DNA of 64,000 nucleotides from Fumia sp. (lineage in GTDB: Bacteria > Bacillota > Clostridia > Oscillospirales > Ruminococcaceae). The DNA is taken from assembly GCA_045645505.1 (NCBI GenBank), contig JAZRIW010000024.1:6189-70188 (forward strand), given 5' to 3'. A program made the translations under genes and the position numbers. Below, in pieces: positions 29,345 to 37,558 of the stretch. The notes beneath the pieces were generated by a model that saw nothing but the letters and a program-made list of their open reading frames with translations, ran no database searches and was not told where the DNA came from. Position 1 is the first letter of the stretch. Each line of letters starts with the position of its first letter.

Positions 29345-32300
29345 TTAATTTTTCTGGAATTCCTGTAAGGATTTCACCTTATTTGAGACACCATTTTTAA
29401 TAGTGCCGATACCTTCAACTGCTGCTTTTGCAGCCGCAAGAGTAGTTGCATAAAAAGTTTTATGCTTGACAGCTGCTTTTCTTATATAACTGTCATCCTC
29501 AGCAGATTGCTTTCCGATAGGAGTATTTATGATAAATTGAATGTCCTTATTCTCAATATAAGTACATATATTGGGAGTGCCTTCGGAAATTTTATTCACC
29601 CTGCGGGCAGATATTTTATTTTTACTGAGCATATCATAAGTGCCACCGGTTGCTAAAATAGAAAATCCAAGAGCGGAAAAATCCTTGGCAACTTCCAGGG
29701 CTTCTTCCTTATCGTTATCATTTACACTTATCAGAACAGTTCCACTTAAAGGAAGTTCTGTGCCGGTTGCCTCCTGAGATTTATAGAAAGCTTCACCAAA
29801 ATTTTCAGAAATTCCCAAAACTTCACCGGTGGAACGCATTTCAGGACCTAGTATAGGATCTACTTCCTGGAACATATTAAACGGAAATACTGCTTCTTTT
29901 ACGCCATAGTGATTATTTTTTTTGCGTGACATATCCAAAACCGGAGATTTTTTATTTTCAAGCTCTGAAATAATAATCTCAGTTGCAGCCTTAACCATAT
30001 TTATTCCGCAAACCTTTGAAACAAGCGGCACTGTACGACTTGCACGCGGATTAGCTTCAAGTACATAAACCTTGTTGTCAGCTATGGCATACTGCATATT
30101 CATAAGTCCGCAAACATTTAAAGAAATAGCAATTTTTTTAGTGTAATCCTCGATAACTTTTTTAATTTCTTCAGAAAGCGAAATCGGGGGGAGAACACAA
30201 GCTGAATCTCCGGAATGGATACCTGCGAGTTCTATATGTTGCATAATATTCGGAACAAAACAATTTTCCTTATCGCAAACTGCATCTGCCTCTACCTCAA
30301 TAGCGTGCATTAAAAATCTGTCAATCAATATCGGTCTGTCAGGAGCTACATCTATTGCCTTTTCCATATAAAAGGTAAGTTCTTCATCGGAATGAACAAC
30401 CTCCATTCCACGTCCTCCCAATACATAAGAGGGACGTACCATCAAAGGATAGCCTATTTCTTTTGCAATTTCTAATGCTTCATCAACATTGACTGCCATA
30501 CCTGATTCCGGCATGGGAATAGATAATTTTTCCATCATCTCTCTGAATTGATCGCGATCTTCTGCCAGATCAATAGCCGCAGGAGATGTACCTAAAATCC
30601 TTGCTCCTGCATTTTGCAGTGAACGTGCTAAATTAAGCGGTGTCTGACCACCGAATTGAGCAATAATTCCAATAGGATTTTCAGCCTTATAAATGCTCAT
30701 AACATCTTCAAAAGTAAGTGGCTCAAAATATAGCTTGTCAGAAGTATCGTAATCGGTAGAAACTGTTTCAGGATTGCAGTTAACCATAATAGTTTCATAA
30801 CCTAATTCTTTAAGTGCCAAAGCACAGTGAACACAGCAGTAGTCAAATTCTATACCCTGTCCGATACGATTTGGACCTCCGCCCAAAATCATAATCTTTT
30901 TAGAATTTTCAGAAACTGTTCTTTCTGCATTTACTTCATTATAAGTAGAATAATAATACGCTTCGTCTTCGGTACCACTTACATGAATTTTATCCCAATG
31001 TTCTTCAATTCCTAAAGAAATACGCTTATTTGCAACTGCCATTTCATCACAATTTAAAAGAATAGCAATATATTTATCGGAAAATCCGTCCTTTTTAGCT
31101 TTAGTTAAAAGCTCAGGGGAAATGTTTTCTATCGTAGAAGCTTCTATCTCACTTTCTTCTTTAATCAAGTCCATAATTTCATTTAAGAAATCTATCTTGA
31201 TTTTTGTTAAAGCCTCAATTTCTTCCACAGTAGCACCTTTTTTAAGTGCCTCATAAATAATAAATTGTCTTTCGCTGGTAGGAACTTCAAGTGATTTTAA
31301 GAGTTCCTTTTTGCTCATCTTTTCAAATTTTTCAATATGACCTAATCCATATCTTCCTATTTCAAGTGAACGTATAGCCTTAAGATAAGCTTCCTTGAAG
31401 GTCTTTCCTATACTCATTACTTCGCCTACTGCACGCATCTGAGTACCGAGCTTATCTTCTGCACCCTTGAATTTTTCAAAAGCCCAACGTGCAAATTTGA
31501 TAACCACGTAATCACCGTCAGGAGTATAATTTAAAAGATTTTTATATTTTCCGCAAGGAATTTCGTCAAGAGTAAGTCCTACAGCGAGCATAGCGGAAAC
31601 AAGAGCAATGGGAAATCCCGTAGCTTTTGAAGCAAGTGCCGATGAGCGTGAAGTACGAGGATTTATTTCAATAACCACAATGCGATCTGTTTTGGGATCA
31701 TGTGCAAACTGCACATTGGTACCCCCGATTACATTTACAGCATCTACTATTTTAAATGCTTGTTCTTTTAATTTCTTTTGAATTTCCTCTTTAATAGTGA
31801 GCATTGGAGCAGCACAGAAACTGTCTCCGGTATGCACTCCTAACGGATCAATATTTTCGATAAAGCAAACAGAAATCATCTGGCCTTTGCTGTCACGAAC
31901 TACCTCAAGCTCAAGTTCTTCCCAGCCTAAAATAGATTCTTCAATCAGAACCTGTCCGATAATACTGGCTTTTATACCGCGGGAAACGATAATTTCAAGT
32001 TGTTCTTCATTATATACAAGTCCTCCGCCTGCACCGCCCATTGTGAAAGCAGGACGCACAACTACCGGATAATTAAGCTCTTCGGCTATTTTTTTAGCTT
32101 CCTCAACTGAATAGGCAGGAGCACTTTTAGCCATTTCAATACCTAGGGAATCCATCATTTCTTTGAAAGCAATACGGTCTTCGCCACATTCAATCGAATC
32201 CACGTGAACACCGATAACCTCAACTTTAAATTTATCTAAAACTCCTTCTTTATAAAGCTCAAGACAAAGATTTAACCCCGTTTGGCCTCCCAAATTAGGC

Positions 32301-32560
32301 AAAACAGCATCAGGACGCTCTTTTTCTATAATTTCTGTAAGTCTTTTTGTATTCAATGGCTCAATATAAGTTGTATCGGCAATATCAGGATCGGTCATGA
32401 TAGTAGCGGGATTTGAGTTTACCAATACTATTTCATATCCAAGATTACGTAACGCCTTACAAGCCTGAGTGCCGGAATAATCAAATTCACATGCTTGGCC
32501 AATTACAATCGGTCCTGAACCTATTATTAAAATCTTTTTTATATCTTCTCTTTTGGGCAT
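29345..32560 (-). CDS. carB: Carbamoyl-phosphate synthase large subunit
   Basis: GSGPIVIGQACEFDYSG, GVHTGDS, GGGPNRIGQGIEFDY, C-terminal MGS domain; start could also be 32569. Confidence 0.96.
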   Translation of the reverse strand: MPKREDIKKILIIGSGPIVIGQACEFDYSGTQACKALRNLGYEIVLVNSNPATIMTDPDIADTTYIEPLNTKRLTEIIEKERPDAVLPNLGGQTGLNLCLELYKEGVLDKFKVEVIGVHVDSIECGEDRIAFKEMMDSLGIEMAKSAPAYSVEEAKKIAEELNYPVVVRPAFTMGGAGGGLVYNEEQLEIIVSRGIKASIIGQVLIEESILGWEELELEVVRDSKGQMISVCFIENIDPLGVHTGDSFCAAPMLTIKEEIQKKLKEQAFKIVDAVNVIGGTNVQFAHDPKTDRIVVIEINPRTSRSSALASKATGFPIALVSAMLAVGLTLDEIPCGKYKNLLNYTPDGDYVVIKFARWAFEKFKGAEDKLGTQMRAVGEVMSIGKTFKEAYLKAIRSLEIGRYGLGHIEKFEKMSKKELLKSLEVPTSERQFIIYEALKKGATVEEIEALTKIKIDFLNEIMDLIKEESEIEASTIENISPELLTKAKKDGFSDKYIAILLNCDEMAVANKRISLGIEEHWDKIHVSGTEDEAYYYSTYNEVNAERTVSENSKKIMILGGGPNRIGQGIEFDYCCVHCALALKELGYETIMVNCNPETVSTDYDTSDKLYFEPLTFEDVMSIYKAENPIGIIAQFGGQTPLNLARSLQNAGARILGTSPAAIDLAEDRDQFREMMEKLSIPMPESGMAVNVDEALEIAKEIGYPLMVRPSYVLGGRGMEVVHSDEELTFYMEKAIDVAPDRPILIDRFLMHAIEVEADAVCDKENCFVPNIMQHIELAGIHSGDSACVLPPISLSEEIKKVIEDYTKKIAISLNVCGLMNMQYAIADNKVYVLEANPRASRTVPLVSKVCGINMVKAATEIIISELENKKSPVLDMSRKKNNHYGVKEAVFPFNMFQEVDPILGPEMRSTGEVLGISENFGEAFYKSQEATGTELPLSGTVLISVNDNDKEEALEVAKDFSALGFSILATGGTYDMLSKNKISARRVNKISEGTPNICTYIENKDIQFIINTPIGKQSAEDDSYIRKAAVKHKTFYATTLAAAKAAVEGIGTIKNGVSNKVKSLQEFQKN

Positions 32561-32754
32561 AGAGATCATTCCTTCCGCATTTAATATCTGTCAATAATAA
32601 GAATACAACTTTATGTAAAAAAAATCAAGAAAAAACAGAAGTTATCAGCATTTTTATCAGTATAACAAGTTTTTTAATAAAAAATAAATATCAATATATG
32701 AATATTCCCTATGGTTTATCTATATAATTGTTAAAAATTTCCATTTTCTATAAA

Positions 32755-32770
32755 CCACTATATATAGTAG
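32755..32770. promoter_or_regulatory. NrdR-box-like palindrome
   Basis: CCACTATATATAGTAG within a 28-bp near-perfect palindrome at 32749-32776. Confidence 0.5.
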
Positions 32771-32862
32771 TTTATACTTTTTTAAAAGCTATATTTTAGA
32801 GCCTTTCTATAAAAACTAAAAAATCCCCATTTAAAGGGATTTTTTTAGTTTTAACATATGAA

Positions 32863-33037
32863 TGTGGAAAACTTTTTTGCTTTTTAAATAATTGTGGAAA
32901 AAAAGGTGGAAAATGTTTAAAGTTGGTTATTTTTTTCAAAAAATTACTATTTGTAATATTCATTTTTTGAAGAATACCTTAAAATGGGAATGGATACCAA
33001 TTTGGTATTTAATCTCTTTTTTAAAATATTTTCCACA
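32863..33037. promoter_or_regulatory. Cluster of DnaA-box-like sites
   Basis: TGTGGAAAA at 32863 and 32893, GGTGGAAAA at 32905, TTTTCCACA at 33029 (consensus TTWTNCACA). Confidence 0.55.
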
Positions 33038-33167
33038 CTAAAAACACTTTTTAAAAAAGAAAATTTGTCACGTGAATTATTTTCTTGAAAAACCAATCTA
33101 AATATAGTATAGTAATAATTAAGAAAATAAAAATTGATAATATATTTTGTGAAAGGTAAATTTAAGA

Positions 33168-34325
33168 ATGAGTTTTTTAAAACGAACATGGGCAGAAATA
33201 AACCTGGACAATTTAGCTTTTAACATAAATGAAATCAAAAAAATACTTCCAAAAGATACCGAGATGATGGCTATAGTAAAAGCTAATGCTTATGGGCATG
33301 GAGATGAACTTATAGCTAACGAGCTTCAAAGTCTTGGAATAAAACTTTTTGGAGTTTCAAATTTAGATGAAGCAATTTCCTTAAGAAACTCAAAAATAAA
33401 AGGGGAAATACTTTTATTGGGTGTAACACCTAAGGAAAACGCAAAAGAACTTTCTGAATATAATATTACACAAACAGTTTTTTCACTCGATTATGCAAAA
33501 AAATTAAATGAAGAAGCTATAAAAGAAGGCATTAAAATAAATTGCCACTTAAAAATTGATACCGGAATGGGACGAATCGGTTTTAACTTTAACGCAATTG
33601 ATGAAATAATGAAAGTTTATAATTTTGAAGCTTTAAATTTCACAGGTGCTTTCACTCATCTTTCTTCTGCAGATGATTTAACGCAAGAAGGCAAAGATTA
33701 CACATTAAATCAAGCCTTAAAATTTGATAAAACACTGAAATTATTAGAAGATAAGGGCATTACCTTTAAGACAAAACACATACAGAATTCTGCAGGGATT
33801 TTAAATTATCCCGATTTTAAATATGATATGGTAAGGGCCGGTATTATTCTGTATGGACTTTCTGTTGACAGTTTTAATGAAATTTCTCTGAGGCCTGTAA
33901 TGTCACTTTACAGTAATGTTTCCATGGTCAAATATGTGCATAAAGGCGATGCAATAAGCTACTCCCGTAAATTTATTGCAGATAAAGATATGAAAGTCGC
34001 AACTGTGCCTATAGGGTATGCTGACGGTTATTTAAGAGCTTTTTCAAATCGTGGCAGAATGATAATAAATGGTCATTATGCAAAAATTTTAGGTTCTGTT
34101 TGTATGGACCAGCTTATTCTCGATGTAACCGATATTCCGAATGTAAATGAAGGAGACATAGTAACAGTTGTCGGAAAAGATAATAACTGTGAAGTCACTT
34201 TCGAGGAACTTGCAAAAATTGCAGATACCATACACTATGAACTTGCTTGTCTTGTCGGGAAACGTGTCCCGCGAGTTTACAGGAAAAACGGAGAAATATC
34301 CGATGTAATTGATTATATAATATAA
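33168..34325 (+). CDS. alr: Alanine racemase
   Basis: VKANAYGHG, KIDTGMGRIG, GYADG, VCMDQ, TIHYE. Confidence 0.95.
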   Translation: MSFLKRTWAEINLDNLAFNINEIKKILPKDTEMMAIVKANAYGHGDELIANELQSLGIKLFGVSNLDEAISLRNSKIKGEILLLGVTPKENAKELSEYNITQTVFSLDYAKKLNEEAIKEGIKINCHLKIDTGMGRIGFNFNAIDEIMKVYNFEALNFTGAFTHLSSADDLTQEGKDYTLNQALKFDKTLKLLEDKGITFKTKHIQNSAGILNYPDFKYDMVRAGIILYGLSVDSFNEISLRPVMSLYSNVSMVKYVHKGDAISYSRKFIADKDMKVATVPIGYADGYLRAFSNRGRMIINGHYAKILGSVCMDQLILDVTDIPNVNEGDIVTVVGKDNNCEVTFEELAKIADTIHYELACLVGKRVPRVYRKNGEISDVIDYII

Positions 34326-34361
34326 AAAAAGGCTTAAGTCGTTTGACTTAAGCCTTTTTTT
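34324..34361. terminator. Bidirectional terminator between alr and proS
   Basis: AAAAAAAGGCTTAAGTC-GTTT-GACTTAAGCCTTTTTTT. Confidence 0.88.
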
Positions 34362-34362
34362 A

Positions 34363-36105
34363 TTATAATGATTCCTTTACCGAAGCATTTATTTCTGCAT
34401 AAAGAGTATTTATAACATCTTTTACTGCAGAAACCACCTCGCCGATTGGTACTTTCTTAGAGATTTTTTTGTCACGGGTGACAATTTCGCAAACTCCCTC
34501 TTTCATATTTCTGGGGCTTACGATAACTCTTATCGGTACACCAAGCAAATCAGCATCAGAGAACATAACACCTGCAGAAACCTTTCTGCTGTCATAAATA
34601 GTCTCAATGCGTTCACTCTGTAAAGTTTCATATAACTTATCAGCAGTTTCTCTTGTTTCCTCGTCATCAGAACGCATACAGCAAAGATGTACCTCCCAGG
34701 GAGCTATGGAAATCGGCCAAATAGGACCATATTCATCGTTATGAACCTCACATACAGATGCTGCAAGTCTGCCCACACCTATTCCGTAACAACCCATGAT
34801 AGGATATTCTGCTTTACCTTCTGAATTGAGATAGGTCATATTCATAGATTTAGTATATTTTGTTCCCAGCTGAAAGATATTTCCGACTTCAATTCCCCTT
34901 GAAATGGTGATTTCTTTTTTACCGCAAACAGGACAGATACCGCCTTCTTTAATCTTTGCAAAATCATGATATTCAATATCCTTGCAATCTCTCTCGATAT
35001 TAAGACCTGTATAATGATAATCTTCTTTATTTCCTCCACAAGAAAGGTTAGTCGTACCTCTAAGAGAACTATCAAATAAAACGGTATAATTTCCCTCTAA
35101 ATTAACAGGGCCTATGTATCCTGCCTTTAAACCACATTCCTCGGTAATAGTAGCAGGATAAATATCATCATCTAAAAATCTTGTAAGTTTTGCTTCATTT
35201 ATATCAAGATCTCCTCTGATAAACACAACCACATAATCATCATTGGACTCTTTCTGATAAACTACCGCCTTGCAGGATTTTTCCAAAGGTGTATCCAAAA
35301 ATTCACAAATATCCTCGATAGTATGAATGTTGGGAGTGTGTTTCAATTCAAGAGCTTTTAAAACTTCATCCTTTTCGTTTTCAACTATATTTTCGGCAGC
35401 TTCCATATTGGCACGGAATCCGCATCCCTTACACAATACAATGCTATCCTCACCAACATCAGTAAGAAGCATAAATTCATGTGATACGCTTCCTCCCATC
35501 ATACCTGAATCAGATTCAACAGAAATTACCTCAGGTACACCTGCTCTTGCGAATATACGCTCATACGCACGATGACATTTATCATAATATTTCTCCAAAT
35601 CTTCCTGTGAAGTATGGAAAGAATAAGCATCCTTCATTGTAAATTCACGAACACGGATAAGTCCGCCGCGGGGACGTGCTTCGTCACGGAATTTAGTCTG
35701 AATCTGATAAATCATAAATGGATATCTTGAATAACTGTTAGCATATTCCCTTACAAGCTGAACAGCTGCTTCCTCATGAGTCATACCAAGCACCATTTTA
35801 GAGCCATTTCTGTCAGAAAATCTCAAAAGTTCATTTCCTACAGACTCATATCTTCCTGATTCCTCCCAAAGTGTACCCGGTAAAGCAACAGGGAAAAGAA
35901 CCTCCTGCCCATCTATAGCATCCATTTCCTCACGAATAATTTTTTCAATTTTTTTGGAAATTCTCTTCATAGGAGGATACTGAGAGAAAATTCCGTTTGC
36001 TACATATTTAACATATCCTCCCTTTACCATTAACGCATGGCTGTCAATAATACAATCTGAAGGACGTTCTTTAAAACGTTCACCTATAAGATTTTCCAGT
36101 TTCAT
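34363..36105 (-). CDS. proS: Proline--tRNA ligase (bacterial type with editing insertion)
   Basis: THEE, KFRDEARPRGGLIRVREFTMKDAYSF, GIEVGNIFQLG, MGCYGIG. Confidence 0.97.
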   Translation of the reverse strand: MKLENLIGERFKERPSDCIIDSHALMVKGGYVKYVANGIFSQYPPMKRISKKIEKIIREEMDAIDGQEVLFPVALPGTLWEESGRYESVGNELLRFSDRNGSKMVLGMTHEEAAVQLVREYANSYSRYPFMIYQIQTKFRDEARPRGGLIRVREFTMKDAYSFHTSQEDLEKYYDKCHRAYERIFARAGVPEVISVESDSGMMGGSVSHEFMLLTDVGEDSIVLCKGCGFRANMEAAENIVENEKDEVLKALELKHTPNIHTIEDICEFLDTPLEKSCKAVVYQKESNDDYVVVFIRGDLDINEAKLTRFLDDDIYPATITEECGLKAGYIGPVNLEGNYTVLFDSSLRGTTNLSCGGNKEDYHYTGLNIERDCKDIEYHDFAKIKEGGICPVCGKKEITISRGIEVGNIFQLGTKYTKSMNMTYLNSEGKAEYPIMGCYGIGVGRLAASVCEVHNDEYGPIWPISIAPWEVHLCCMRSDDEETRETADKLYETLQSERIETIYDSRKVSAGVMFSDADLLGVPIRVIVSPRNMKEGVCEIVTRDKKISKKVPIGEVVSAVKDVINTLYAEINASVKESL

Positions 36106-36129
36106 TATTTTCACCTTTCCTTTTGCAAT

Positions 36130-36345
36130 ATAAAACGCCCTAAGCCAAAAGACTTAGGGCGAAAAAATCCGCGGTACCACCTAAATTCAGAAAAATCTGC
36201 ACTTATTACCCTGATAACGGAGGGGCCGATGAACTTAAATCACTCATAACTCCAAGGCGGGTTCATTCTTAAATGTTAAAGGCTTGCACCAACCGCCTTC
36301 TCTCTTAAAACACAATAAAAATTACTATTCCTCTTCAACGCTTTT
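36130..36345 (-). promoter_or_regulatory. T-box riboswitch (Pro specifier CCC)
   Basis: Stem I with AGTA, AGAGA, GGTGCAA and GAA-CCC specifier; T-box AATTTAGGTGGTACCGCG; terminator CGCCCTAAG..CTTAGGGCG-TTTT. Confidence 0.93.
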
Positions 36346-36360
36346 TTCTTTAATGGAATC

Positions 36361-36389
36361 ATTATATATTAAAGTTTAAAAATTGTCAA
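36361..36389 (-). promoter_or_regulatory. Consensus sigma-A promoter of the proS T-box leader
   Basis: TTGACA-17-TATAAT. Confidence 0.85.
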
Positions 36390-36392
36390 CTG

Positions 36393-36671
36393 CTAATCAA
36401 AAGAGATGAATTTTTTTCTGATTAAAACTTCGGTTATCCGATAAATTTTACCAAGCCAGTTTTCGATAACATATGTCGAGACATTATAATATTCTGATAA
36501 TTGCTTTACAGAAAACTGCTCTATAAACCGCAAGGTGAGAAACTCTTTTAAATTTATAAAATCCCCTACCGCAAGAGATATACTGTTCATAAAAACAGCT
36601 GAGGAAATAAGCTTTATAAAATTGTCCTGGCAAGATAATAATTTGTCTGTTTTTGTATTTCCTATTTCCAA
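36393..36671 (-). CDS. Hypothetical protein with sigma-region-4-like helix-turn-helix
   Basis: EFLTLRFIEQFSVKQLSEYYNVSTYVIENW resembles a sigma70_r4/ArpU-type HTH; has its own upstream promoter. Confidence 0.55.
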   Translation of the reverse strand: MEIGNTKTDKLLSCQDNFIKLISSAVFMNSISLAVGDFINLKEFLTLRFIEQFSVKQLSEYYNVSTYVIENWLGKIYRITEVLIRKKFISFD

Positions 36672-36703
36672 AATATCACTACTTTTTAATATTACTTTAG
36701 CTT

Positions 36704-36748
36704 ATTATACCATATATTTCCTTTTACTTCCTGTCGAAATCTGTCGAA
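36704..36748 (-). promoter_or_regulatory. Tandem Spo0A boxes with 22-bp-spaced extended -10 (spoIIG-like promoter)
   Basis: TGTCGAA at 36732-36738 and 36742-36748; TGG-TATAAT at 36712-36704. Confidence 0.65.
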
Positions 36749-36798
36749 GATTATTTTTATATAAAAAGCCGTCTGTGACATTCACAGACGGCTTCTAT

Positions 36799-37185
36799 TT
36801 ATTTTTTATATTCTCCACAATCCTTACAATACACACTGCCCGAATGGTTTCTTGTACCACATTTACAAACCCACCCTATATCATTTCTGTCGCTGATAGG
36901 CTTAATATTAGAATTAAGGTAGCTACCACCACTATTTTGTTTAGCCGATGTTGAATCTGAAATCAAATTTCCATTCCTTAAATTAATACTATATATATTG
37001 CTGTTCATTGATTCTAATAAATCTATTATTTCACCCAAAGCGTACCAAGAAAGAGATGTTATAAAAGCACAAAAAAATAAAAGCAACAATAACCAGAAAC
37101 TTTCAAACACTATTGCCAGAACCATAGATGCAATTGCACATATAATGCCTATTCCAATAGCAAAACCTTTACAAAGTATTCCCAT
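36799..37185 (-). CDS. Small two-TM membrane protein with C-terminal zinc ribbon
   Basis: Two hydrophobic helices; WVCKCGTRN....YCKDCG; SD GGAGG. Confidence 0.75.
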   Translation of the reverse strand: MGILCKGFAIGIGIICAIASMVLAIVFESFWLLLLLFFCAFITSLSWYALGEIIDLLESMNSNIYSINLRNGNLISDSTSAKQNSGGSYLNSNIKPISDRNDIGWVCKCGTRNHSGSVYCKDCGEYKK

Positions 37186-37212
37186 ATTTAGTAACCTCCA
37201 CTAATTTGAAAA

Positions 37213-37263
37213 TATCCCAAATCGGGATATTTATATTATACCATTATGGGATAATAATGTCAA
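37213..37263 (-). promoter_or_regulatory. Consensus promoter overlapped by two TATCCC-N5-GGGATA operators
   Basis: TTGACA(37263-58)-17-TATAAT; operators at 37213-37229 and 37237-37253. Confidence 0.7.
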
Positions 37264-37274
37264 GAGGTGTTTTT

Positions 37275-37481
37275 ATGCGACTAAAAGAGCTTAGAAAACA
37301 AAAGGGCATATCGCAACTAAGACTTGCAATCGAAATTAATACAAACCAGAATACTATAAGCCGATATGAAACCGGAGAAAGAGAACCCGGCATCGCAGAA
37401 CTTATTAAAATTGCTGACTTTTTTAATGTTTCTGTTGATTATTTACTCGAAAGAACTAATAACCCAAATATACAAAAATAA
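37275..37481 (+). CDS. XRE/Cro-family helix-turn-helix regulator
   Basis: RLKELRKQKGISQ..LA, ISRYETG.REP, LIKIADFFNVSVDYLL; ATG 37275 after GAGGTG. Confidence 0.92.
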   Translation: MRLKELRKQKGISQLRLAIEINTNQNTISRYETGEREPGIAELIKIADFFNVSVDYLLERTNNPNIQK

Positions 37482-37519
37482 GCCAAACATTAAGTTTGGC
37501 TTTTGTTTTTACTAAAAAC

Positions 37520-37552
37520 AAAACGCCCTCTCTTTTACGAGAGGGCGTTTTT
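37520..37552. terminator. Terminator downstream of hydA
   Basis: AAAACGCCCTCTC..GAGAGGGCGTTTTT. Confidence 0.8.
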
Positions 37553-37558
37553 AAAAAA

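Noticed and set aside
32630-33085. Possible oriC
   Set aside because: No dnaA/dnaN/rpmH nearby, and strongly expressed genes stay on the minus strand on both sides, so no replichore switch is apparent.
32947-33189. 80-aa minus-strand ORF
   Set aside because: Low-complexity F/K/N-rich translation of AT-rich DNA overlapping the alr promoter and start.
33168-34325. VanT-like serine racemase (HIQNS motif)
   Set aside because: Retains the alanine-racemase Tyr in TIHYE, has no membrane domain and no van genes nearby.
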